Shown: positions 38,353 through 50,823 of the stretch, piece by piece | Layout of the letters: each line of letters opens with the position of its first letter | Numbering within the stretch: the stretch's first letter is position 1 | NCBI GenBank assembly: GCA_032718475.1 | Contig: JAUCBJ010007101.1 | Span: forward strand, 1 to 64,000 | Direction: 5' to 3' | Length of the DNA: 64,000 nucleotides | Source of the DNA: Nemertoderma westbladi | Taxonomy: Eukaryota; Animalia; Xenacoelomorpha | Program-made: the position numbers and the translations under genes | The notes under the pieces: generated by a model | Databases searched by the model: none | What the model was told of the DNA's origin: nothing | What the model saw: the letters and a program-made list of their open reading frames with translations, nothing else

Positions 38353-39732
38353 CTATAAAATATAACAAATCACAGTTTCTAAAATATAAAGATACTCTAA
38401 ACAGTTAGTCTTTCTTACGCAGACGGCGTTTACACAGTTTTTGAGGCTAGCAAGAGTCCTTTTCTCTTTGGGGCGAGCCACTTTACTAGGAGGGCTATAA
38501 ATCCTGGGTGAAGGGTGCAATATGATTGCATCAGAAGGTGTAGGATTATGGTCGGGGTATCCGCCGTTTCGATATGCTTCTCCTCGAGCTGATTTTCCTC
38601 CGCTCGTAGCTGGATACGTTCATCTAAAACTCTCGCAGAGAATAGGGTTTTCTAAGCTTGATATCTTCTTAGAGATTCGAGATTTCCCAATCGAACTGAG
38701 ATAAGGCCAATTCGTTTATCGATTGGACTTACTGTTATAACTTACGTTTATCTGAACAAACGCAGGTTTCTTTTTTGATCTTTATAGAATAGCGTTTAAC
38801 TCGTTTCGTACAACGCTCTCCTTCACCTTGATGAAGGGTTGTATCGCGTTAAACGGGAACGACCATACGGTTGGATAGTGATATTAGGTGTCCGCGTCAC
38901 AATCCGGCTATGTAAGATGGGCGGCTAGCTAGAAATCACTGTCGGAGTGTTACCGATTAATTGTTAGGGTAGCACTAGATCTTTGAACAGTGAATACAGT
39001 CCGCGAGGATCCGCGACACCACCAGGATCGCAGGTCTGAGGTCCAACTAATGAATGAGGAGGTTTGACCGAGTATTCCGGGACTCTGATCGTAGGTTTAC
39101 TCCAGGATCGTTCGAGCCGAGTGAGCATAGGTGATACGTCAAACAAGTTTCGCTCGAAACTCCAGTAAATATAACGAGCACAACTGTGTTTAACACAACG
39201 TTTCCGTGGATGTTTATGTCTTTCCGTTTATTAGTTGGGTCTAGGGCATTTATCGTAATAATACCAAAGACGCACGTCTGGTAGGGGAAACGCGGGTGAT
39301 TTATTTGTTGTTACAATGCTTCTATCAAGAATTCCAAATATACGTTGGAGTTACCGCGTTTATTTGTTTCTTTAGTGTCTTTTCTTTCGAGTCGATTTCG
39401 AATAGAATTTTCGCATTCGAATTTCAGTTTATGGTTCCGACTCCGCTGGGCAGGATATATAGTCGACATAGTCCGTATTATGTAAATCGATAGGATGACC
39501 AGTAGTTAAGAAGACCATATACGTACCATTACGCTGCGTATATCGAGCAGCGAATTTTCTATAGTCCAACTCGCGCGAGCTGCTCTTGGGACATTGGCGG
39601 TTCGATATAACGACCATCGTCCTCCGCAGCAGTTGGACTAACGTCGCCGCGTATTAAGCTATCAACAAACGCTTGTAAAAGTAGAGTATATCGCTCCCCG
39701 ATACTAAGACCATCTTCTATCAACTCCGTCAT
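38353..39732 (-). pseudogene. Disrupted accessory ORF of element A
   Basis: Begins MTELIEDGL... and ends ...DHNPTPSDAIILHPSPR as in B; stops and frameshifts; the middle is not homologous to B. Confidence 0.75.
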
Positions 39733-41386
39733 ATCTGCTATATATGAGTTTATCCATATTATAATGAGTTTATATTTAGGCGAGCGGGCGTCGCTGCCTA
39801 CCCCAATCAACCCCCGGACAGTACGAGATCCTCAGCGCCGATGTGTCGTCGCCGCTGTACTTTCGCCAACGACGTAGCCGCACAACGACAACGACAACCG
39901 GCACAAGTCACTCGACTGTCCGTCCCAAAGGCTTAGATACACCTCAGGTTCTTACTGGAGAGTTAGGGTTACTTTCACAATTGCGACTCGCTACTGTAAA
40001 CACACCTTAGTAGTAACATTCGCCTATAAACTCACAAATACCACACACACAACTTGTCATAAATTACACACATTCGGGCCATTTGTCCGTTAGTCAATGC
40101 CTTCCAGAATGTCACTGTATTATTATGTATCCTTGGATACTAGCAGTGCGCTATTTATTCCCTATGCTATTTAATGGGACAAGCTTTCTATTGTTCTTTT
40201 AACTCAATTCTAATTCTAGCGTGGTTGTTGCTATGGTGACATTATGCAAAGCTAGCGGTAGAATTAGAGTAATTCCAATGCATACAGATCTGGGATGTTA
40301 TTTAATAGTATTCTTTAATAGTCAATGTTCTGTTTTATACATGACTTTATGAATTTTATCGGCTATTGACTATGTTTGGGAGACTTTCGCACACTCATAT
40401 GCATAATAAGATAAATCTCCGCTCCCTTGATCTATTAATTAATGGAATTTTGGGAATGTTATAAATTGCGCAAAAATGGCAATTTATTAAATTCATTAAA
40501 AGGCATGAATTTAAATTATTCCCTGAAATTTTATTATTTGATAATTAAATGGACATATTTTGATTCTAGAACATGTCTGGGGACACAAGATCCTTAATTC
40601 TATGACAATTGTCTTTTTTAAGAATATCGGTAAATGCTACGATATCTTAATTGACTAGAATTGTTGAAGGATCTGAATTTTACAGATTTTGATTTATTAG
40701 ATTTGCAAATATTAAATAATTAATATTTGAGATGGGCACCGATTTATTCCAGAACTTGTCTGGGGACGTTAACCACTGATTCTAGAATTTGTCTTTCAAG
40801 TATATCGGTGGGTGCCGCGATATCTTAATCGACTAGAATTACAGATGGTCAAAGGGTTTAACAGATTTATTTTGCGTTATACGCTACTGTTAAAGGGACA
40901 TCACGCTACTATATGTATTATTTAATATACGGTATGAGAGCAATATCGCACGAAGCAATGTCAGTGTGAAGAGGCAAGTCGTTTCCAAGGTCTACCCAGA
41001 GCTTGGTTTAGCCGAGACACGAGGATCAGAACTTTGCATTCCTAATACTCTGCCTACCAATAATACTTGAATATAGTAGTGGCTTTATTGTACTTTAATA
41101 AGTACGGACATTTCATCTTACTGTAGTTACGTATTTGTAATGTAATACGGACAGTAAGGAAGAAGAAAAAGAATTATTTCTTGCCGTCGCACTAAATATA
41201 ATATATACGTAATTACGTACGCAATAAACACGAATATATTGCACTATTCTACTAAATAATCGCTAAATAAGATTCTACTAAATTAAATAAAACGATTATA
41301 ATAAAATTACGTAGTAATACATACATAAATATAAAAATAATAAAATAATATAAAATAATAGAGTCACACACCCACTCCATATGTTG

Positions 41387-44300
41387 TTACGTTATGGAGT
41401 CCCTAGATGTTTGAAGGATTAGGGAGGTGGTCGTGGGAAGAGAATCTTGCCTTCCACAGTTTCCGGAGAGTCCTCCATTCCCTTCCGGTAAACACAAACG
41501 ACCAGCTGGGCGATTGAGTCGCTGCATCCCGAATACAATTCCAGGTTTCCTCTTCGTCCTGGAATAGTGACGATAGAAACATCGCTCTAAGTACACGACG
41601 GCCTTACAAAGCCGATTCCAGGAGCTATAGTGGTCCGTCGCTCCCTGCAGGAGAGGTGAGAGTCCCTGCGAGACGTCTGATGTTCCAGAGCTCCAATCGC
41701 TCTCTCTGATCTTCATGAAGGATCCACTCGCGGTGGGGAGGTCCAGATCCACGGCGTCGTCCCTGGCAATATGTAATACCGACAGATCTATCCCGGGTTC
41801 AAATAACTCCGCTCCACCCGTCCGGGTTTTAGGTTTAACTTTCTCCGCTCCCTTGGCTGGTCTAATCTCAGTCGGAGTAAGATGGGGAGGCCATTCATCC
41901 TCCTTACTCAGGAAGTCGGGTTCACCTAACCGGTCTGTAGTATCTGTCAGTTCTTGAGGAGTTGCTCCTCTGGAAGCGATGTCAGTTGGATTAAACTTCT
42001 TGGGGCAATATCTCCATTGATCTACATTGGAGCTAATATCGTCATTATCTGAGGAGTATGGTGTTCCCTCAGTTGGGTCGTCTCCCTCACTAGTATCATC
42101 TTCCCATTCACTCACCTGGCAGACGCGATCTTGAAGCAGTCTTTCTCTGAGCGTTCTACGGGAAGGTCCAGTAAGGTACCAACCTACTCTAGTTCTTACC
42201 GCATAGGTCTGAAGTGGTTGCGGTTGAGTAGGTCGTTTCTCTAATGTCTCCAGCGCCTCATGCGCGTTTTGACCGATTAATATTTGTACTCCAGGATAAT
42301 CGGTGTCGAATCTAGGGATGTTAAGTTGTTGGGCATGATCTTCTTCGTCCCAATTATAAGGTTCCACTTGGGTGGTAGCGAAGTTCTTTATTGCCACCAT
42401 TTTTACTGACCTTATACTGTATTCTCCTAGTTTATCCTGTGGAGTGGACAACTCACCTATATAATAGTCGGCAGCTACAGTAGAATTCCAAACCTGCATG
42501 ATCCCTGACATGTTTAGCTTGGTTCGGAACTTGGGTTGTCCAGCAAAGATGACTTCGGCTAGTTCTTTATCGATGAATGTTCCTGTGCTACCGGAGTCCA
42601 GGAGGGCGTTCACTATATAGCTCTTCTGAGGTCCGTGGACCCGTAACTGGACTACAGGAAATTCTCGGATTCCTATATTGGAAGTTGGCGCTTTCCAAGA
42701 TGGTCGTTGATCTGAAGTAGTTAGGGTGAGGTCGCTGTCTGTGTCTTTCTCATACATGAGTGCTCGATACACTGCGGTGCTGTTTATTAAGTAACAGGAT
42801 TCGTTTTCGTCGGAGAACTCGTCCGTATAGAATCCTTCCATCTCAGATTGATCAGTGTCGTTCACATCACTGAATTGGACATGTAGTTCGGACTCACTTA
42901 CCTGACTCGGGCTGTTTCGTTCGAATTCCGTGTGCAACAAGATATGATGTTTTGCGCCGCACTTTGCACACCTTGCGTCGGAGTAACAGGTTCGCCGTTG
43001 GTGTCCTCGTCTGAGGCAATTATAACACAACCGCTTATCCCACATGACTTCACGTCTGTCCTTTAGTGATTTCCTCAGGAATTCATCACACGCATTTAAA
43101 CGGTGGGGCCCGTCACACAGCACACATTTCGGCTTGATGTTACTTACTTTAACCTGTGCTATGTGGTGCACACTTGTTCTTTCCTCGGGCTTTCTCACCT
43201 GAATTCTTTTAGGAGACGTAGGAAGGGTTTTTTGTACCGGTTCCCTTCTGTCATTGGGTCGAGACTCGGATTTACTTACCTGATCTTTAGGCATTTTATT
43301 GACATAATAAGATCTGTCAGTGTCTTTCCCGCTGTCCTCTCCTTGAGAAGTTTGGCTTTCACCGTCGTCGGTATAACATACTGGTGTTACTCTTCTCCTA
43401 GAAACGGGTTTCTCACTTACCTTGTTTTCCAATGTCTTCTCTCTGGACTGCCTTAGGAGCTGTAATTTCACTTCTCTATCTAAGAATGACATGAGATCAG
43501 TCATGGTAGGGTCTCGTCGTTGTTGTTCCATCATATATAACACCTTCTTGTCCCAGCGTGTACCTACTCCACCCTTGGGCAAAGTAGATGCTAAGGCTCC
43601 TACAACCATAGAATTCTGGTATTCATGAGACTTACCTAACCAATCTAGTTGTCTACAGATCTCCTGAATCTCATCGGAAAACTCTATAATCCCGCTGCTA
43701 AGAAACTTTCGGGGGGCCATTAATTTCACATATAAATACCTAGCTATGTTAGTCCTATTACCATACCTGATGTTTAGTGTATCCCAAACTTGTCTTAATC
43801 CGTCTGGATGTCCAATAAACCTTAACGCCATTAACTTGGGAGATCCTTCCAAGCACTCGATGAGGAATCTAAGTTTCTCTCCATTAGATAGTACAGAGTT
43901 CTGTATGTTATCTTTGTAATATTCATTAAAAGGTAACCATTTCATCTCATCTCCATTGAACTTGACGATCTCTCCAACCTTTACCGCTTGTCGGGCTTCG
44001 GTTCTAGCCATTTGGCGTGTAAAACCTTCTTGAGCCATCGCATTATTGAATAGAGAATTATCAGTATATAAGTTTCTCGGATTATTATCAAGTCTAGATG
44101 AGATATCATTATCAACAGGTTTATAATTACCCTTAATAGGGTTCACTATAGGAGTTTCTATTTCGCTAGCAGTATAGATGCGTGTAGGCTCCACACCTTG
44201 CGCATGGGATACTTCAGACCTAACGGGTTGACACATTGTTACAGGGGGTGGTGGTATACCCTTTTGTAAATTGACTAATTTATCGCGTTCTAGCGCGATA

Positions 44301-44944
44301 CTTTGCTGCACTTCTTGCAACTCTAGCCTACTTTCCCTTACTGTGCCCTTGAATTGCTGGACAGTCTCCTGCATCTGCCCGAGCAGGATATCCATCCCCC
44401 GCCGTCTCTCGTCCACCCATTCGACCGCCGAAGCGGGAGTCGCCAACGTTGTAGCGGGCGGACGAGGGACAACGGGCAACAAATTATGAATATTTCGCTC
44501 GGGGTCCAGGACCTGAACTGTCTCCTGGGCAGTTCTATGGGGCACAGGTAGCTTAGTGCTATGCAGAGGGAATTTAGAGGTAGTTTCAGGGAGCACAGGT
44601 GTGTCTATCACCGAAGGGGTGATTTCAAGAACAGGCCTAATTATTTCAGGCTCATCTACTATAGTAGGGAGTCTTTCTATTTTAATTATTTGGTCTGTGG
44701 GCTCTGTACTACCTAAGTCTACACTAGCCAGTTTAAGTAGCTGGGAAATTAGAGGGAAATTAGATAACTTCCGACGGTGTGGCGTTCTTCTACGTCCGCT
44801 TGAACAAGATTTATTACCTCTACTTTCGGGATCTCTTATATCACCTTCATCGGAGGAGGCAAATCCCTGTCTTCTGATTTGTCTCCTCAAGTCTGCTTCT
44901 GCCACTGCCTCTGCCTCTTTTCTTTCCGCTTCTGCTGTTGCCAT
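41387..44944 (-). CDS. BEL/Pao Gag-protease with RNase H-tail remnant (element A)
   Basis: Capsid-like KFNGDEMKW...EKLRFL; three BEL-type knuckles (CVLCDGPHRLNAC, CYNCLRRGHQRRTC, CAKCGAKHHILLH); protease ALLDSGS; RTRVGWYLTGP; QWRYCP..NPTDIASRG. First in-frame ATG at 44944. Confidence 0.92.
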   Translation of the reverse strand: MATAEAERKEAEAVAEADLRRQIRRQGFASSDEGDIRDPESRGNKSCSSGRRRTPHRRKLSNFPLISQLLKLASVDLGSTEPTDQIIKIERLPTIVDEPEIIRPVLEITPSVIDTPVLPETTSKFPLHSTKLPVPHRTAQETVQVLDPERNIHNLLPVVPRPPATTLATPASAVEWVDERRRGMDILLGQMQETVQQFKGTVRESRLELQEVQQSIALERDKLVNLQKGIPPPPVTMCQPVRSEVSHAQGVEPTRIYTASEIETPIVNPIKGNYKPVDNDISSRLDNNPRNLYTDNSLFNNAMAQEGFTRQMARTEARQAVKVGEIVKFNGDEMKWLPFNEYYKDNIQNSVLSNGEKLRFLIECLEGSPKLMALRFIGHPDGLRQVWDTLNIRYGNRTNIARYLYVKLMAPRKFLSSGIIEFSDEIQEICRQLDWLGKSHEYQNSMVVGALASTLPKGGVGTRWDKKVLYMMEQQRRDPTMTDLMSFLDREVKLQLLRQSREKTLENKVSEKPVSRRRVTPVCYTDDGESQTSQGEDSGKDTDRSYYVNKMPKDQVSKSESRPNDRREPVQKTLPTSPKRIQVRKPEERTSVHHIAQVKVSNIKPKCVLCDGPHRLNACDEFLRKSLKDRREVMWDKRLCYNCLRRGHQRRTCYSDARCAKCGAKHHILLHTEFERNSPSQVSESELHVQFSDVNDTDQSEMEGFYTDEFSDENESCYLINSTAVYRALMYEKDTDSDLTLTTSDQRPSWKAPTSNIGIREFPVVQLRVHGPQKSYIVNALLDSGSTGTFIDKELAEVIFAGQPKFRTKLNMSGIMQVWNSTVAADYYIGELSTPQDKLGEYSIRSVKMVAIKNFATTQVEPYNWDEEDHAQQLNIPRFDTDYPGVQILIGQNAHEALETLEKRPTQPQPLQTYAVRTRVGWYLTGPSRRTLRERLLQDRVCQVSEWEDDTSEGDDPTEGTPYSSDNDDISSNVDQWRYCPKKFNPTDIASRGATPQELTDTTDRLGEPDFLSKEDEWPPHLTPTEIRPAKGAEKVKPKTRTGGAELFEPGIDLSVLHIARDDAVDLDLPTASGSFMKIRESDWSSGTSDVSQGLSPLLQGATDHYSSWNRLCKAVVYLERCFYRHYSRTKRKPGIVFGMQRLNRPAGRLCLPEGNGGLSGNCGRQDSLPTTTSLILQTSRDSIT

Positions 44945-47362
44945 TGCCTCTGCCACCTTCCTTTCAAGACACTGTCCAAGTCTAATTTTGTTTGCACAGT
45001 TGAATGCCTACTGCTATATTACAGTTAAAGCAAGTCTAGTAATTCAGTATCACTGCTAGCCTAGTAATTAATTACCGATACTGCTACTCAGTGTAGCGTG
45101 ATATATATAATATATTAGAATACCGGTATGCTTATAGTATATATAAGTATTATTACAGACTAGGTTTATCACAGAATACCGGTATAATTTTAGCACAAAT
45201 ATATATAAATATATAATAGGCCTATCGGGAATACCAGTATACAGCTTACAGTTTGTAGTATATATAATTCTGGACTAGAATTAATTACAAGTACCGGTAT
45301 AATTTCAGCCTAAATTTATAGAAATAAAGATAATAGGCCTATCGTAAATACCGGTATGCAGTTTACACTTATAGTGTATATATATAAGTATAATTACAAA
45401 CTAGAATTAATTACAGAATACCGGTATGATTTCAACCTAAAATTTATAGAAATAAATATAATAAGCCTATTGTAAATACCGGTATATCAATTATTTTAAA
45501 TAACTGAATTTCTGAATTTTAAGGGTTACTTGGTTACTTTACTTACTTTATTACCGTTATTTGAGCAGTAGTCCAACTGATATGGAGACCTAATTGTTGT
45601 ATGGCAGGCCTACTATTTATAAATCGTTTGAGTTGATTTATAATATATATATACCCGTTTTAATGGGTTTTGTCAATGTTTGAAATAAATGTTATTATTT
45701 CTGGGGAGTAATCACTACACAAAGCGGTGCGCTTTCAGTGAAGTGTTACTTATAGGACACTAAAACAAATAATTCTAATTTACCTAAGTTACTTAATACT
45801 ACAAATTACGTACAATTCGGGTGAGATTACAATCTCTAAATAAACACAAAAATTTACAAAAACACAAAATACGAATTTTCAGGGTAATTTTACAAGAAGT
45901 CTACAAACCAGCCTAACAAAGGGTTAGAAATCTGGTTATTACAACGGACAGGGTACTACGGTATTTAAAAATAATAAGTAGTAGTAAATACACTGCGTTG
46001 TCCAGATAGGAAAATACCACCGCCTGACGACCTATAGCCGTATCGCTATGGGTTCTACGTTATGTATCACGGAGTGTTCCTACCTAGAAGTTAATAGTGC
46101 TAATCGAACGTGCCTATCAACCACTTTACAACACAAATATAATGCCTACACTAATTACTTTCGGAAAGCACTGTACACTAAACCCTAAATTAGGTACGAG
46201 TACTTGTACAACAGATAATCAGTAGTTAAATATACTTGAACAGCTAAAAGAACCACGGCATCTGCTGGAGTGACCGGTGCACAAAATCACCAGTCTTTAC
46301 CTACGCCAAGCAGCCCGTGTAGTACCGGGGTTAATTTAACTATAGCTGTATGTTTAACAAACACAATTATTGTAGGAACAAACTTGGGGAATGAATGTTG
46401 CGAATAATCGCATAAACTCTGAATAATAAATATTACGCTACGCGTACAAACTACTCAAACAAAATGCAGACCGAACACTGACAGACTACTATCAAGCCTA
46501 AACAAACTACAGTATATGCAGACTCCGAAATAATTAGGTAGTATGCGTTCTAACCCAGTAGTACGACTTATTCTTTAGTTGGGGGTTTACCTTACAGCAT
46601 TTGCTGCCCCTACTTCCTAACCGTTCTTTATCGGACAGGTGATCTACACACACTACAATCCGTTCAGACCTAATAACAGCCAGACAACTATCCAGCCTAC
46701 AAATTATCTAAATAAATATTATACGCTACCCGTACAGACTTACACAAACAAAGTACAGACTAAACGATGGCAGACTACTCTCAAGCCTAAATAAACTACA
46801 GGACATGCAGACTCCGAAATGATTAGGTAGTATGCGTTCTAACCCAGTAGTACGACTTATTCTTTAGTTGGGGGTTTACCTTACAGCTTTTGCTGCCCCT
46901 ACTTCCTAACCGTTCTTTATCGGACAGATGATCTACACACACTGCAATCCGTTCAGACTTAACAACAATCAGACAACAGCTCAGCCTACAAATTGTCTGT
47001 ACAATCTGATCAGGCTTACACGCCTTCTGTTCAATACTGGCCTACAAATAAATAAAACTGACAGAAATAAGTAAGCTCCAAAAGAAACAAGGGGTGTACA
47101 GTCCCTAATCTCTTAAACAGCCTACCGGTATGCAACAATCAAATCGAATAATACTAATGTACTTATACGGAAGTACCGGTTAGGACAGTTGGGCCTACGG
47201 ACCTACAGAAGTACCGGTTCTGGCAGTTGGACCTACGGGCCTACAGCAGTACCGGTTCTGGCAGTTGGGCCTACTGACCTACAGATGTACCGTTCAGGTT
47301 TACCGGTTGACCGGTACTTTCAACTTTATTGCTTACTGCAATAAAGAAGCTATATCCATTAT

Positions 47363-48589
47363 TGTTCGCGCTTTCAGACCTTTGGCAGTTTAACCCGCCA
47401 AATTATGATGTCTTCTAGATAATAAATCACCTTTAGTCTATGACAAGTATTTAATGCACTACACTAGTCGAAACCAATCTGTGCGCGATCATTCACCCGC
47501 TGGATATACCCGGGAGATTGGGTTCGACGGCTTAATTTTATTGCTATGTAAGCCTAATGTATTATTCGACTGACAGTATTATATAATCTCTGACAATATT
47601 ATTCACCTTCGGGGAATATTAACAGTTCCTTTAGGACGTGGCGCTTTATCTATACAAACAGAGTTATGACTTAAACTACTCACAACGATATGGCTTAGTT
47701 ATAATTCACATATATGGCGCATTCTTTAGGAAATGCTTCGTTATCAGTCTCATTCATACACAATGCTGCACAATACTGCACACTGATCTGCCGATCTTCA
47801 CTGATTTTAGTTATATATAAAAGGAACACGGACCGACTCATGTAGGGTCTATCAAATAACATTAGATTCACTTCAAACCACTTTAACATAAGTCACAATC
47901 GTTATATGTAACCTTTCTCTCTTACCTTCGGTATATCAAGAATATTGGGTTTCGGGGTTATTTATCATTATTCCAAATATAATAATTCATCAACCATATT
48001 ATGAAGAACCGACAGTAAATAGCAGTATAACAATATAAAAGTATGCACAGGTTGTTTGATTAGGTATGGTGTGTTATGTTATGATAAATGCAGATAACGG
48101 ATATATGTCCTTATAATTAAGCCTACTAGTGTAAGGCTAAAGCCGTTCTTCCTGGCTTAGAATCACCAACAACACTAAAAACTGATAAGAATAACTATAA
48201 GAATACCAGCTACCCTTATTCTACAAAGATCTCACCCACCACAGAGAATGAGCATACAGATAGGAAATTCAGTTCAGTAGATTTGTGATAGGTCAAAATC
48301 GAAACCAACTCAAATCCTATTGGCAGATACAGAAGGCAGGGCTATGGGGCACCGTGGCAATATCAGCCGTTAGCCGTCGTCATGGTAGCGACACTGTTTT
48401 CAAGAGTATCGAGCTTTTTACGTCACGAAATTACAGATTATGTCCTCTAAAGTACAAATACAGAAGAAATGGCTTTTATGTCCTCTAAAACACCAGTACA
48501 GGAAGGACACGGCCTTTTTATGCCTGGTAAACCAACCACAGAGTACTTTACGGGGATAATAACCGGCTAATTACGCAAAAGCTTTTACA
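47363..48589 (-). repeat. 5' LTR of element A
   Basis: Near-identical to 37100-38326; upstream of gag on the minus strand. Confidence 0.97.
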
Positions 48590-49517
48590 GATACAGTTTC
48601 TGCTTGTGTGGCATTATAGATGCTGCTAGCATAATCCGCTACCTCACAGTGACATTACGGTAAAACCCCCAGGGATTTCACGATCTCAGTCGCTCTGTAA
48701 CTGAATTCCAGAGAAACACGGAAAAATAATTGCAGCATGGGGGGGGCTGGGGGTTAGGTACTGTCTGTGGTCGACGTTTCTCAATACGAGATACATGTAT
48801 CATGCCGGGTTTCTAACGTCTAACCATTTACTAACTGGCAGTATCACCATCCTAAATTAACCCAGGCTGGGATTACATTCCTGAGGTAGGTTTCGGGAAC
48901 CGCGCACCGAATTATGACAAAGTCCCTCAAGTGCCATTAGGGTAATTCCCTTTTTCGGTATTTAAGTAAACCAACCAGCGGTAAACGAAATGGACAAATT
49001 TGCGATCAAAGAAGTGAACTCCACCGCGAAACAAAACAATGCTGATGTGATGTAAAGCGACCCGGTTTCAATGAAGTGTGGTTTAATAGCTTAATATATA
49101 ATATTAAGACAATTATTTGGCCATTTGATCCATGAATTTCTATATAGTTCCAAAACAATAATAGAACCAACAGGATACATACACTCAAGATGAACTAAAT
49201 ATAATTAATAGAATACAGTTTTAATTTTGAGAGTCAGCTGTTGTTATTGATGGCGTGGCGTCCAATTTGCCCCAGAGTCTCCTCCCCCCTTATTTGCAAA
49301 ATTATAATTTTGTTATCAAAATTATTAGTTATAAATATGTCTGGCTCCAAAAATACGTACCAAGAGACCGACCGCTACAGTAGTTTCCAATACCAGCGCT
49401 CTACCAACCGAATACCAAGTAATTAGCCATGTTCGGCTCGCTATAGTGTGTAACAGTTCTTCTGGTCGGAGGCCTCATCCGGACCTGTTACATTTTACAG
49501 ACAATGTTTGAAATCCC

Positions 49518-50797
49518 TGTACGCGCTTTTGAAGACCTTTAGCAGTTTAACCTGCCAAAATTTATATGTCTTTTGATTTATAAATATACTTTAGAAGATG
49601 ACAAATATTTAATACCAATAAACACAACATTAGCAGAAGCCAGCCTAGTGCGCGTCCATTCACCCGCTGGATAATCCCGGGAGGCTGGATTCTGTCGGCT
49701 TAGATTATTATTGCAGTGAAGCTTACGGTATTGTATTATTCGATTGATCGTTAATAATTAATTTCTGACTAATATTATTCACTTTCGGGAAATATTAACA
49801 GTTCCTTTTAGGACGTGGCGCTCTATCTAAGTAAACAGAGATATGACTTATACTAATCACAACGGTAAGTCGGTAAGGCTTATGATTCACGTATGAGGCG
49901 CATTCTTTAGGAAATGCTTAGTTATCAGCCACAATCATGCACACTACCGGTAACGCACAATACTGCTCACTAATTTGCCGACCGTCAATGAATTTTATCA
50001 TATATAAAGAGAATAGCAACGGACTCATGTAGGGCTTATCAAATAGCATTAAATTCAATACACACCACAATAATATAAGTCGCAATCGCTATATATATAA
50101 CCCGCCTCTCTAACCTGTAGTGTATCAAGAAAATTGGGAAATTTGGGTTCTTTATAAATGTTCTCCAAATAATATTCAATCCACTGATATAAGATATGAC
50201 AACAGTAAAAACATTAAGACGGTAGGTTAAGATATGATATGAACAGATATGTACAGCGATATGCACTGATATGCACCGATATGTGAGTTGTTATGAACCG
50301 TAAGACTGATAACAGTCATACGCTCTATAATCTTAAGCCTACTAATGTTTCTTGCTAGAGCCGTTGTTTCTGGCTTAGACAGCAATAACAACAAAGTATC
50401 AGTAAAAAACTGTAAGACTGAACACTCTCCCTATGATCGACCGAAAAGCTACACGTCGACAGGAAAAATCGCTCTGATTGGCTCAAGCCAAACAAAGAAC
50501 CATGCGTCCAATGGCTGTTTCCATGTCAGCAACCAGCTGTTAGATGTCGTAATATGAATCATCACGGCTAAGCTATGAAAGGTATTTGTCGCATTGCAGG
50601 TTTTTTGCCTTACCATGTCCGCTAAAACACGTATATAGCAGAATGACTTTTATGTCCGTTAAAACACCTTAACGGTACCTTGCGGGCGAGGGGAATATAT
50701 ATACAGTTAGAGAACCTTTTTTAGAGTATTCCAGCACCTGGGGGGAAACTGGATTGCGAAGCAAAAGGGCCAGTTATATCCCACAGAAGCTTTTACA
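49518..50797 (-). repeat. 3' LTR of element B
   Basis: Near-identical to 60152-61432. Confidence 0.97.
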
Positions 50798-50823
50798 CCG
50801 CTCCCAGAAAATGGGATTTGAGT

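Larger units (their letters stand above)
37100..48589 (-). mobile_element. Non-autonomous BEL/Pao LTR retrotransposon A (Gag-PR only)
   Basis: 1227-bp LTRs (TGT...ACA) with about 4 substitutions seen; 5-bp TSD GATAC (37095-37099, 48590-48594); PPT-like GGGAGCGG before the 3' LTR. Confidence 0.96.

Noticed and set aside
47345-47358. Canonical tRNA PBS (TGGATATAGC) in element A
   Set aside because: TGG is 4 nt from the LTR, is absent in B, matches no tRNA end I recognise, and is explained by LTR complementarity; a tRNA search is still needed.
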